Below, piece after piece: positions 24,886 to 36,949 of a stretch of 48,510 nt of DNA; the stretch's first letter is position 1; the number at the start of each line of letters is the position of its first letter. The translations under genes were made by a program, and so were the position numbers. The DNA comes from Peribolospora baueri (taxonomy: Eukaryota), in NCBI GenBank assembly GCA_029717555.1, contig JAMDHS010000124.1, positions 1 through 48,510 of the forward strand. Reading direction: 5' to 3'. The notes under the pieces are model-generated. The model saw nothing but the letters and a program-made list of their open reading frames with translations. It had not been told where the DNA came from and searched no databases.

Positions 24886-26398
24886 CTATCTACCGAACAT
24901 CACGTCGCTCCGCCTGATAGCCATAGAACAGAGAAACAAAGGACGTCGGGTTACACCATTCGCGAAGCCTAACGTGTGGAGCAAACGAAGATGGAATCAC
25001 ACTCACAGTACCCATTTGGTCCCTTTTACGGGTGCCCGGCCTTCATGCAACATGCATGCCTAGACGACAAGCAAGATGAGAAGCGGCGATCTGAGCGAGT
25101 TATAGTGACACCAGAAAACGGTCCGGGCTCTCACCTGTCCATGCCGATGCAGCAACGCCCGACCTCTCCGCAAGGGGGCCACGATTGGCGGGGGTCGCTG
25201 GCCCTTGGCACCAGTCTTCCCGTCAGTCTCGGGATAGAAAACCGTTTCTCCTCCTTCCACGCCGTCCTCAACTCCGGTCAGGTAAATGAGCAATGTCCAC
25301 TCGGAGTGGGTCAACGTTGAGGGGTGTCGGACCCTGATATGGAACACAAGCGAAACGAAGCGCAAGCCCGTAACGTGAGGAAGGAATGGAAGGCAAGCCG
25401 TTCGACCAGGTCAGATCGAGCCCGAGCTGCGAGCGAGGACAATGATGTACGACGGTCCAAACTTACGTATCATCATAATGAGGGTTGAAGAGCTGATGTG
25501 AAGACGAAGAGAATGGAAAGTCAGTCATATTACGAGAAAAGTCTGGTATTTGGCCCGGACGCACTGGGTGAGCGAACCTCACCTGTCCGGGCTCATATTT
25601 ATATCTATCGTCGAATAGCATGCGGTGGAGAGCCATATCAGTTCTATGTGCCAGTGTACACAACCACAACGCCAGCCTGAACTGAACTGGGCATCCACAG
25701 AAGCAGCCTTTCGCAGCATCTGCAACCAAACGTAGGAATGGCGGACGTCGCAAGACGGAGGACTCACATACGGATATTCTCACTCAGTCCCACCGTCTTC
25801 TCCTCTCCTTTTGCCGGGGCCTTAGCCTCACAGGCTTTCCACCTCTGCGCTCCGCCCTCCCTTTCCCAAGCCGCCTCGAGTCCTGTCTCTTTCCACAGCG
25901 TCCTGGCGAATTGCGGGTCCTGCACGGAAAAACGAGAGTTGGTCCGGTGCGCTTCGCCCTTTTTTGCCGGCGGCGTGGGTTGAAGGGGTAGAGTGGCAAA
26001 CATGGAGAGGAAGGACTGGATCTCGGATCGGTGGAAAAAGTTCTGGGCGGAGAATAGGAGGGGCAGGTCAGAGAGGCGTGAGAACAGAGCGCACAGGAAC
26101 AAGCTGGCAGGCCCGTCCAGATGAGCATTGCTGCACGAGCGACCTAAATACGTAAACGGACGGTGCGGGAAGAAAAGAAGGGGAATGACGGGCGAGCGCT
26201 GGAGCTCACATCGATGATGATGATCTGATCCTCCTCCGTCTCCTCCAACACGAGCTCCTTCCAGCCAACCTTCGGCCACTTCACAGAGGAAGACGCCTGA
26301 GACGCCACCGTCACTTTCGAATTCAACGGCGCGCCATTCTGGCCACCCTTTCCGGCCTTTTTGGGCGTCGTCGCTGTTACCTTGCCTTTGGGAGCCAT
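24886..26398 (-). CDS. Prolyl-4-hydroxylase-like 2OG-Fe(II) oxygenase (2OG-FeII_Oxy_3-type), 7 exons
   Basis: VGLSENIRIYKYEPGQLFNPHYDD (HxD), WTLLIYLT, GGETVFY, CMLHEG and KWVLRSDVMF. Confidence 0.88.
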
Positions 26399-26730
26399 CC
26401 AAGCTAGCTTCCAATGTCAAAGCTGGTTCGCGACGGCCGTCGTGCTTTTCCGCAAGGTGATCGCCGGGAAACGACGAGAGATCGACTGTGATCGAGTACC
26501 GCAGCCCCCACCTTGGGAACGGATCCTTATGTGGCGTCCGGGGTGGGCCATGATGTGCATCTCCACGTCCTGTACCTGGTCAGGGTATTGACCCAAGGTA
26601 TCCTAACAGGCATCTCTGAGAACGACGATGAAAGACACGGGCTCTACTGAAGAACGCCTCAATCGAGCAGGGGTGACAAGCAGGAAGGGTATGCGTATAC
26701 AACCGAGTGAAACTATTCGTCAGCTAAGCT

Positions 26731-27571
26731 TTACCGGCCAGCCAGCTGCATGCTCGTTCTATCCACCGCGACCATAGTCGTCCGCGCCGTCGAAGAGGTC
26801 GGCGTCCTGTCTATGATGAGGGCTCTTTCGTGGCCTGGGTATCTGACCAGTTCCTGAGGACGCGAGGGATGGGACCGTGAGGAGGCGACGACGATGGAGG
26901 GCAAGCGCGATATGAGGCCGGATGACGACCAAGATATGCAAACAAGAAACGGTCCGAGCACTCACCAAAGAAGCTCTGGTCCCACCGCACAGATAGACGA
27001 GCTCCTCATCCATGGAGGACTGGAGCGCGTGAGCGTTCATTCGAGCTTCCTCGCCGGCGGGAAAGCCGATAAAGTCACCCTTCTTGACGTTCACCTCGCG
27101 GAAGGCGCCACTTTCCTCTCCTTTCCCCTCTTCAGGCCCCTCGTACCCAGAAGAGTCCTCTGCCAGCAAAAGGGTCCCGCTTCCTTCCAGAATGAAGTAC
27201 CACTCGTCTTCAACGGCGTGCCAGTGAGGGACGGTGCTCCTCTTGCCGCCTTTAGGCACGCGGGCATACGTGATCCCTTGCTGAGTCAAGCCGGCCGCAT
27301 CCCCCAAAGCAAACACGCGACGGTCGATGGTCGAGTCGAGCGGGTGGGCGGCCGGCTTAAGCCCTTGCTCGATGGTCCCGCGCCGGACGACCGGCGACGC
27401 GTTCTCTCGCAGGGGCCTCGGCGGAGCGCATTGGGTGGAACTCCTGCGCGCCAGCAGTCCTGTTCCAGCCGTGACCGCAGTGTGCGTTCGCGGTCCAGTC
27501 GGGACAATCAAGGCAAGCGGAGCGCTGAGGGCATTGCGGCGGGGACAGAAGCGCTGCATGTGCCCCGACAT
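26731..27571 (-). CDS. Cupin-domain protein (cupin_2)
   Basis: STVPHWHAVEDEWYFILEGSG and GDFIGFPAG...AHAL cupin motifs. Intron at ~26965-26855, last exon ELVRYP. The start codon and 5' structure are uncertain. Confidence 0.82.
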
Positions 27572-28021
27572 GGTGAAGAGTGGAAAGCAGGGCCGAGCAG
27601 CGGCAGTCGACAGGGGCGGAGTATCTGGAGTGGTACGAAGACGACCACTTCCACCGGGTCTCAATCTCGATCGTATTGCCGCAGCAACCAGCCTAGGTCA
27701 CGGGAAGAAAGCGATGGGCACGTCCCCGACTGTAGGAATAGGCGCCGGGCCAGGGAGGTCCGTGGCAGCATCGGACATGAGCAACGTGAGCATGGACTCA
27801 CACCCGACTCATGATCTGTCTGTCCCTCCTTTTGGCTGACTTCGGCCCTGGACGCGCTCTAAGTATTATGCCGTGAAGTAAGGCGTCTGATGATCCAACC
27901 CATCCCGCTCGCTGAAAACGGTCAGAGGTGGAGAGAGCGGGGCGAGTACGGCCACGTGCTATATAAGATCGGTGACCGTCCCCCTGGGGCGTGACTTTCT
28001 ATCTTAACGACCACCACCATC

Positions 28022-29213
28022 ATGGCCACTGCTAACGACAGACTTGTCATAGTACACGATGTGATGGGGACGTGCTTCGCCTTTTCGTCCCTAATAGAAG
28101 CACTCAAGCAAGCCTTCCCCGAGCAACTTGAGAAAAGAGACAACCTGGCGGAGCAGATCGTCATGAACTGGTACGTTACCAATAGCTTACCCCTGGCACA
28201 AGCGTGGCTTCTCCAGGAGTGCCACTAATCTCCCTTCTTTGACTGCTCGTGTCAATACACGTGTATGTGCTTGCATATCTCATTTCATTTCAGGTATCAC
28301 ACTGCTCAGCGAGACTTTATAGTGAGCCGATTTGAGCCGCGAGTAGCACACGATGAAAAGCGAGCTGAGTGCGGCGTTGAAAACCTGGAATGCAGTACCT
28401 CTCCAGCAATGGCTCTTACACAGCCTGGGCCAAGGTCCTGGCTTCCACTCTCCCCCGGACCCTCCTCCAAGGCGGCCTGTCTCCCCCCGCCGCGTCGTCG
28501 GGGTCCAAACCCCGACTTGGTTCGAACCCGTTCCCCTCCTCTGTCCTCGACCCAATCATCGCCTCTTGGGCTTCACTCGAGCCTCGTCCAGGTCTCGCCA
28601 GGGCTTTCGAGACTCTTCGCTCCTTCGGCCCTCGAGCGGAAGTGTGGGCTTGCACGAACGGCGGCTTTCAGTTCACGCGGAATGCTTTTGTTCGAGCTTT
28701 GGGTGAGCAAAATGGAGGAGAGCTCGCGAGGCCACCAAACAGTGCTGCTGCTGGGGCAGAAGTGAGGGGAGTGGGCCTGATGAGCTGCGACGAGATACGC
28801 AAGGCCAAGGCGGAGCCCGGCGTCTACAAGGCGATGATGGAGAGAATAGGATACAAGGAGGGCGAGACTCGTGACTTCAGAAGGCCGTGGTTCGTCGCGA
28901 GCCACACTTGGGATTTGTTCGCTGCCAAGAAGGCGGGGTGAGCGTCTCTCTCTTCCTTTCCTTGTTTACCCCATTTGCAAGACGGAGTCGTGGGAGATTT
29001 CTCTAGGCACTGCTGCCAGATCCACGGACGCGTTTTGACTGTCTTCTTTTTATCGATGGTCTGCACAGGTTCAGAACCGCCTGGGGTTCCTATGAAGAGC
29101 ATGCACTGGTCGACGTCTTCGGCGAGCCGGACGTCATCGGTGAGAACCTGGAAGAGGTGGCTCAAAAGATCGTCGCATTCGAAAGGGCGACCGAAGCGGT
29201 AAAGCAGACGTGA
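28022..29213 (+). CDS. HAD-superfamily hydrolase (haloacid dehalogenase-like), 4 exons
   Basis: Motif I VHDVMGT, motif II CTNG, motif III K(AEPGVY) and motif IV FVASHTWDLFAAKKAGFRTAW. TATATAA at 27960-27966. Confidence 0.88.
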
Positions 29214-29434
29214 TTGTCAAGAGGAGAGGCTTTCGGGCTGCGTGGGTGCGGTCACATCCGTTCGCCAGTGTATAATATGAAAACCATCTTCACAGCCTTG
29301 GAGGAAGGGAGCTTTTGACTACATGACGATTTCGCAATGGAAGAATGTTCGCCGCAGCATTTCCGATATCTTCCAAGTCGACTGCTGTTGCCTTTCTCAA
29401 GGCCACGACCACCGGTGTAGCCCTACTATCAGCC

Positions 29435-30754
29435 ATGGCGGCTGCTCCCTTCTTTCGCTCTTTCTCCTCCTCTCTCTGTGGCCAACGGTGCGCCGGCTTG
29501 CGTTCCTCGAGTCTTTGCTCACTTCGATCCTCCCACCCGCTCCGAACGCGCCCACGAAGACATGCCAGCACCTCGTCTTCATCTCCCATCCCGGCCGGCC
29601 CCGCAGGCACCTCGGGCTCTCCGTCTCCTTCGAAGCCGATGACGCCGTTGAGGCCGAAAGCGGATGAGTCATCGAAAGTAATCTATGACGGCCCGCCCTT
29701 GCTTCGGCCTCTCTTGTTCTACATCATGGGCGGAAGCGCTGTGTTCGTCATGTGAGTGTTGAGTAGAGTTCAGGAGAAGTTCCTCGAAGACTTTCGGACT
29801 GTTACGAGTAGAGCGACTGCACGATGGTCACACTCATGATATAGGCATCCCACGTCGTGAACGAGCTTTCTTACGTTTGATTTCTTCTATCTTGCCTTCC
29901 GACGAACTTACAGGGCCAATGGTGCGGACCTTGCTCGAAGTCATTGGGGCAGGAAGAACTCGTGAGTCGCACCGCCGATATCTTCTTGTCAACTTGTTGG
30001 CAATCCGGAGTCATGGTCGGATAACTGTGTCTCTGTGCCATGACGGACCGACGAAATAGCGAGACGGGCAAGTTTGAACTGGCTTCGCGAACAGTGAGAT
30101 GGAGTGTGGCCACGGTGCTCTTTCTCTCCGGGACGATCGCCGCCGCTGGCTTGTGCTTCTATCCCTCTCGGTGAGATACGTTGTTCTTCGTATGCTCCTC
30201 GAGGCTTCTCTTGCCTCAAATACGTGATTCTCTACAATCGCTGTGCGGCTATTCCGTTTTCCGCGGAAGGTTCTGTGTATTGACTCTGACCCTGCCTTTA
30301 TTCTGTTTGAAGCTTCATCACTCGCATCACTCTCCACCCCACCTCCCAAACAGTTACGCTCACCACCGCCGCTCCGCCCATGCGCCATATCGTGCCAGCC
30401 TTTTTGCTCTCTCCGTCCTTTAAAGCTTCTTCAGCTGCGCGCGGCTATTACACTGGCTCCCCCGAGCACCGTTTCGAGCGCACGTTGCGAGTAGACGACA
30501 TGCAGGTCTGGGGTGACTTACGCGGCAAAGGTGGCGGTCCTCTCGTCTCTGACAAGCAGGTCCCTCTGCGCGTCAGGGGCGAATCGCTGGTGTATCAGAT
30601 GGAGGTCGGGCCCAAGGCTTCCGTTGTGAGCCGGTTCCTAGACCCTCGTTACGGCTTGTTCGCTCCCCTTCGCAGTCCGTTCTCAAGCCGATCTCGCACC
30701 CCGTGGTCAAGGTTATCGATGTTTGCGCGAAGCCTTCTCGGCACCAACCGTTAA
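29435..30754 (+). CDS. Hypothetical mitochondrial two-TM membrane protein (topology reminiscent of TMEM223/Mrx15), 4 exons
   Basis: Presequence MAAAPFFRSFSSSLC..., IYDGP, two hydrophobic segments, then SRFITRITLHP...VTLTT. Three GT-AG introns. The family assignment is inference. Confidence 0.62.
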
Positions 30755-31531
30755 CCTGCGAACGTATTAGAATGTGGACACTGCCTCACGTGGCGATAGT
30801 AGACTGCTGCAGCCCTCCGTGCCACTCAAGTGAAGGGGAGAGACTCCAAGGTCTAGCGTCAGAAAAAATCCTCCACGGGGGCAAAGGGACTCCGGCCTTA
30901 AGGACACAGGCAACGCAATCATGTTGAACTTCACCGCAGAGGGCAACCGCGACAACTCATCAAAGCTCTTCCCATGCAACACTCCCCGTTATTAGTCTAA
31001 AAGTGGGGGGATGGACGTTGTGGATTCTCGGCAGTAGGTGTCATGCTTACTAGGTGGAAACGAGGAATGAGTGTTAAGAATATTCAATCCTAAAGAAAAC
31101 TTTGTAAACCTCGAACACTCGACGTGTTCGCATCGTCAGCCCTGCTCAAATCAACGAGGCCCGGGCCGCGTGGACAAGTTGAAGTGTCCTTCCGACGCGA
31201 GGCAGGCCTCGCTCGGGTGTGCGGCTAGCTCGAATGACACTGCGCTGACGGTCGGACTTGGCTCGAGTTCTCTTCCCTTCTTTTCCCTGCTCTCCGCTTC
31301 ACTCCCTCCCCTTTTCCTCTCCATCATCTAGCTGACCCAAGCATGTCCTTCAATGACATCGAGGCCTTCTCCGACGACGATTCCCCGTCCTTCTCCTTCT
31401 CGTTCAAAGCAGACATCTCTTCACATAGAAATGCCGATCCGGGAATGGAAAGGTAGTCCATAGCCTACATCCAAGTTACGAGTCTGAAAGAACATTAATA
31501 TTACCATTCCGAGCTTCCCCACCTCTCACTG

Positions 31532-33244
31532 TCAAGGGCCACCAACGTTGGCGAGGACCTCCAAGGCGCCGTCCATCTTGACCTGCTTCATAACGTCGGC
31601 GAAAGCCTTCCTCCTCGGCTCCCACTGCCTCGTCTCAAAGTACCTCTCGGCGGGCATCTCGAGGGCAGTACCAATGTCTCCGCTCCGTTCCACCGCTGCA
31701 ACGAGACCTTCCTCACTGAGGTCGCCGTACCGCCTCAGCACGGGACGGGACTTGACCCCGTTCTTTTTCGCTTTCTTGCCATAGTGCTCCTTATGCTCCC
31801 TCCTCAACTTCTCCGCCCGATCCCAGTTACCTGCCGCACCCGTCGACGCGTCCGTGCCCGCTCCGAGCAGAGATCCATAGCCAGCCATGGCGATGATCAC
31901 TCCGGGAGGGATGGTCTTCCTGCCGGATTTGAAGACGTACTTGCTGACGCTTATGCACGCCAGCACCTCTTCTTCCTCCATCTCGCCCGTCTTTCCCGCC
32001 GAGGACGGAAGCGGCTTGACCGTGCCGGGCAAGGGCGTATTGGCGCCAGAGGCGGAAGGAGTCGGCAGGCTTTCGCCGCCCGAGATCAGGCTCGCTAGAG
32101 CGGCAGAGCTGGCAGCAGTGGCTGGGGTGCTGGGGACCGTCGGGGTCGGAGAGGAAGAGGACTTGGCGCTCCGCTTTCGCTTGAACACGAACTTACCCAC
32201 TGCGGGACGAAAGACGAAAGGGAAGCCGACCGACCAAACTGATCACTCACGTCGGACGAGAACGATACTGGCTGAGAGCGAACCGGAAATGAGAGCCCGA
32301 CTACCCACCGACAAAAGCCCACTTTTCGTCCCACCCGGCGATGCCGATCCGGATCTTGTAGGGCGTAAGCCTCGGGATTTCGCGGTAGAAGGTGTAGGAT
32401 GCACCTGTTGGACAAGCCGATATGACAGAGAAGGAACGGATAGTTTGAAGGGATAGGTGAATTGCCCGACGTGGGGCGGATGAGATGAGTGGTGAAGTTG
32501 GTGAGCAATGATCGTAAACACCTGGCACCGTCGCCGTAAGGACTCACCGCCAAGGCCGATCCAGCCACCGTCGTGGTGGAAGGAAGGGAAGCGCTGGGCC
32601 AGATGCGTCATGCGAGCAATGTCGAGGTTCTGCATGTACTCAAGGAAACTGAAATCAGGGCCGTTCCAGCCGATGCCGTCGCTTGACGCACCCGATGAGC
32701 CGATCGGCGAAACGAAACGTCCGGACAGCTCACCTTGGCATAGCTCGAGTTACTCAAATGTCCGTTATAGTCGCAATCGTCCCAGCCAGCGAAGAAGTCG
32801 AGCGTAGTGTAGTCTTCGAAAATGTCCAAGCCGATAGCATGTGCAGACACGAGAAGTCCGTGTGCGGATACTACCTTCTTTCCCGGCTGCTTGCCCGATG
32901 CGGTCGCCGAGGCTGGGAGGAGGTCTGGAGGGCGGAAAATCAAGCTTAGGCGAGGATTGGCACGGAAGTGGGTGAGCAGCGCGGGCGTCCAAACTCGGAG
33001 GTGCCAGACGAACTGTGCGGTGGTACGACGAGTCGCAGAGACCAGTCAGTATCAGAGCCGCTTTTTGTCTTCAGATGACGAGGGCCATCAGACTCACAGG
33101 CAAGCTCTTCCAGTTGAGCAGGAGCAACGCGAGGGCAGCGTACGTGGCAGATTTTGGAATATCTGGCAGACGCAGGAGAGGAAGAAGTGCTCGCAGCTGC
33201 TCGGGCAGATGCTCTGCGAGCTGGGAGAGAAGGCTTGGTGGCAT
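31532..33244 (-). CDS. Hot-dog-fold thioesterase-like protein (THEM6/YBR096W-like), 5 exons
   Basis: LLLLNWKSLPFVWHLRV, DDCDYNGHLSNSSYAKNLDIAR, FYREIP...GWDEKW and SKYVFKSGRKTIPP. Confidence 0.87.
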
Positions 33245-34359
33245 AGTCGGATGCCGTGGTGGTAGGGGACCGAGACAGCAAGGTTGTCGAAGAGAGGGTA
33301 AGAGTGCGAAGGAGAGATCGCAAGAGGGAGTGGTCACGACAAGCAAGGGCCGGAGGCAAGTGGTCCAAGTTTGTGTGCCCCAACGTCCGTCGTCCTCGTC
33401 GCCGGTCTCTATCATACCCGGCAACCTCCCGCCCGATCATCCGTCCAGACCGGTTGCACTTACTGCACGTCATCAACGCCGCCCGAGCGTCTCGCCTCCC
33501 GTTACGCACCTTGCTTGGTTTGGTTCCCCATCTATTCCTACTTGACGCAAGCACACTTCACTTCGACAGAATCCGTACCACGCTCGTCGTGCCGAGCGGA
33601 AGGCAGCGTTCTACAAACTCTCGCACAGATGAAGCAGTCCTCGGAAGTGAGCGAACGAATTGGGGTGGTCACTAGGTTGTCGGCACTCTCCTTCCGATGG
33701 AGCAAGGCCAAGGTGAACGACGATGGTGGTCGTTTCGGAAGGACACCTTGGAGGCCGGACGGTCCGGTGCCAAGCTGGCCGCGTAAGAGAGGGGTTAAGC
33801 GCAAGGTCCCTTCCTTCGTGCTCGCTTGGCGTTGGGTGGCCAACACCGCCGGCTCGCGAAGGGCGCAAGAGAGGCTCTCCATCGCTCTCGACATGAAAAG
33901 TTCCCGAATCGCAAGGTAGATATGTCTCTGAACGCTGTAGAGAACATTCAAGTCAGCGTACGAGACGCGTTGACAACACGTTGGGGACAGTGCGAGGTCC
34001 GGTCTTTCAGTCTGCTCCCACCGCCATGTCGTCGCGTCGTATCGCACCCCAGCCGTTCGACGACTGCATCACTCCGAAGACACAGAAAAGCTTGCCGATC
34101 CTGTCGGCGTGAACCTCCAGAGACGGCCTATGATGAGGGAGCGGCGAGCTCAAATTGGCGTCCGGCAACGTTTGCTTTCCAGTCTGTCCATCGGAGGCGC
34201 GCAAAGAAGAAGCAATGCCCCGTTCACGGAGAGACGACCGCGCTTTGTATCGACTGCGGCGGTCAGTGAGGGCACTCATCACCCGCTGTTATCTTCCTCC
34301 AAGTGCCAGCCTTTCCTTGCACCCACATCCACCCTCAGTCGCCGCTGGCCGCCCTGCAA

Positions 34360-35627
34360 ATGAGCACCCTCTCGTGGTCGCTCCGCTGGCAGCTTTCTCT
34401 GTTGCGTGGGCTCCAGCGATGCTCCATCAAGACATTTGCCTTGCTCACCCGTCAGCCAGGGCCAGTGCCAATCACCTTCAACGTCCCCTCTCACCTCCAT
34501 CGTGGACGGCTGATCCGTGTCACCGCGTTCGTTCCTAAGGCAAACCAAAAAGATGGAGACGAAACCAAGGAGAACAAGCCGCTCCCTGTCTTGATCAACT
34601 GCCATGGCGGCGGTTTCGTCACCGGGGAGAGCACGGATGACGGAGAGTGGTGTGCGCGCGTTGCGAGAGAGCTTGGGGCCGTAGTCCTGAGTGTCGACTA
34701 TGGCCTCGCCCCTGAAGAGCCGTTCCCCTTCGCTCTGGAGGTGAATTGGGAGCGAGCCGTGGCGCACGGATATCTACCACCATTGCCCTCGTCGTGTTTC
34801 TGTCTGATCCCGTTTGATTTCCTTTCGTTCTCCATCCTCAGGACGTCGAATCCGTCCTTCATCAGATTCTCTCTCCGGACCCAGGCGCTGAGGACGCCTT
34901 TGGCCCTCTCTCTTTGAAGCTCGACCGCGACCGCATCTCGCTCTGCGGCTTCTCCGCCGGCGGCGCCCTCGTCATCGCAGCGGCGTGCAATGATCTCTAT
35001 CGCGCGCGCATTTGTTCCGTTCTCTCGTTTTATGGTGTTCTTGACGTCTCCAGACCCTGGTCTCAAAAGCTCATCCGGGACGACCTCGTACCTGACTACC
35101 CCATCTCCTTGAAGAAGGGTGACCCATTCAACTCTCTTCTCGATAAACTTGTCCCCACGTACTGCGACAACTACGGCGAGGCGCGACAGAAGCGATGCTC
35201 GCCTATGTTCACGGACGTAAGCGAGCTGCCGAAGGAGCTTATGATCATTGCGCCGGCTTGGGACCCGCTCTTGGATGAGCAGATGAGGCTTGTTGAGAAG
35301 GTGCTGGGCAGGCCTGTGGTCGATGATGACTTTTCGCCGCCTCTCGCTGTCTTCAACAATGCCTCTGCGTCTACTGCGACCGCTTCGAAGGACGGGCAGT
35401 GCTATTCGACGGTCAAGGCTGAAGCGGGCAGCGAGGTCGGGTCGCGCGTCACGCTTCATCTCTTCCCACGGTGTGTCCATGGATGGAATCTCCTGCCATC
35501 CGCCTTCTTGGGAGTGGAGGCGTTGCGGAGCAAGGAAGCTGCCATTGAAGTGGCTTTGGAGTCGTTGAGAACGACGTGGCGGATGGAAGGCGAGGGCGAG
35601 CTAACGAGGTCAGATGCACGTCTTTGA
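34360..35627 (+). CDS. Alpha/beta hydrolase, HSL-like esterase/lipase, with C-terminal PTS1-like ARL, 2 exons
   Basis: HGGGF oxyanion motif, VDYGLAPEEPFP, nucleophile GFSAG, WDPL and HGW. Intron at 34741-34841. Confidence 0.92.
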
Positions 35628-35939
35628 TCATCTTTGATCGCCGGTCGACTTTGATCCACGATTCTTCTGAGCCTTTCCGGATGACTCGACCAGCCCGTCC
35701 TTCGACCACTTGTTCTTGTCTATTTTTCTGAGCCTTTCAGGATGGGGCCCGTGCCCAAGTCCCGCTCCGTATACCTCCCCTCGGTATCCTCGTGACTTGT
35801 TTCTTTCGGATCGATTAGCGCTCCTATCTTATCCTATCAACCGAATCGCCAGAAGGTGTCACCCCAATTTCAACCCCAACTTTTCTGACCTTCGAGCCAA
35901 CCAGCGTCCAGTTGTTTGTGAGGATGACGAGGAAGCGCC

Positions 35940-36530
35940 GGACCGGTGGATGCGTTGATTGATTATTAATCGATTTATCTGCTTAAAGTCCGTATATACA
36001 CCACAAGGGTCTTCTCGTTCCATCCAAGCCTCTCCGAGATGGCCCGGAAGCGAGTGGCGTAATCGCCCGCTGAGCCGGTCTGTCGAAGAGCAAGGAGCTG
36101 CTCGCTCGCGGTCCTGGACGAGTGAGGATCTCCGAAGCGTGAGAGGAGCGCAATAATCCCATTCGATTCGACAACGGAGAATGATGACGCAACTAGGGAG
36201 AGACGCGCTGGCCACTGCTCCAGTGCCCCCAATGTGCGGTTCGTTTCGGCCTCAGAAGTCGTCAACGACACTGCCTTTAGTGCTTTCGCTTCCGCCTTTA
36301 GCTGATCTGGCCGCAATAGCTCCATAAAATTCAGCTCCTTCGTGCGGTTCTTGCCGTTGATGGGTCGCGTGGGCGCCTCCCCCCCATAGATGTCGCTCCT
36401 GCGCGTCAATGCATCGTGTTTGCTCCCCTCCAGGCCTGGTCGGTAGGTGATCGTGAAATCGAAGTCGGCGAGCTTGGTCGCCCACCGGTCTTGGCGGCGG
36501 TTGAGAAGGCGTTTCGTTACGAACCACATC
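35940..36530 (-). mobile_element. Ty3/gypsy relics: RNase H C-terminus followed by a gag fragment
   Basis: [25 protein letters not shown]...DALTR is the end of RNase H. Downstream, RFGDPH...[28 protein letters not shown] is retrotrans_gag-like. Confidence 0.85.
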
Positions 36531-36532
36531 CG

Positions 36533-36845
36533 CACGGACTGCCTACGGACATTGTGTCGAACTGCGGCCGGGAGTACGTCAATGAGTTCTGGGAGGCTCT
36601 CGCCAAAGCTCTAGGAATCAAGCGGAGCTTCTCAACGGCGTACCACCCACAGACAGTCAGACCGAGCAAGTAAACCAGACTCTCGAACAGTATATCCCAC
36701 TCTACGTCTGCTATCAGCAGGACGACTGGGTCAATCACCTTCCGTCCGCCGAGTTCGCGTACAACAACGCGGAGCACAAGAGCACCGGCGTAACGCCGTT
36801 CTTTGCGAACAAAGGCTACCACCCGCGTTTGGAGATGCGCACGAG
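36533..36845 (+). mobile_element. Ty3/gypsy integrase core fragment (frameshifted)
   Basis: [19 protein letters not shown]...STAYHPQT, then a small deletion near 36657, then QTEQVNQTLEQY...QQDDWVNHLPSAEFAYNN...STGVTPFFANKGYHP. Confidence 0.92.
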
Positions 36846-36949
36846 CTTAAGAGGCGGGGTCGGCGGGATACCAGGAGTACGCTGCCGACCTCCGCTTACT
36901 TCACGACCACTTGAGACAAGATCTCGTTCCCACCGCGTGCGGGGGCCGC

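Noticed and set aside
26894..27814. 306-aa plus-strand ORF, and similar long antisense ORFs such as 34698-35480 and 14818-15435
   Set aside because: These are shadow ORFs opposite well-supported genes with GC-biased codon usage, and they carry no motifs.
28515..28535. tRNA T-loop-like GGTTCGAACCC
   Set aside because: It lies inside the HAD coding exon, with no cloverleaf or A-box upstream.
35665..35744. 19-bp direct repeat TTCTGAGCCTTTC(C/A)GGATG as an LTR or target-site duplication
   Set aside because: The copies are only 61 bp apart on one side of the TE patch, with no TG...CA termini or partner on the other flank.
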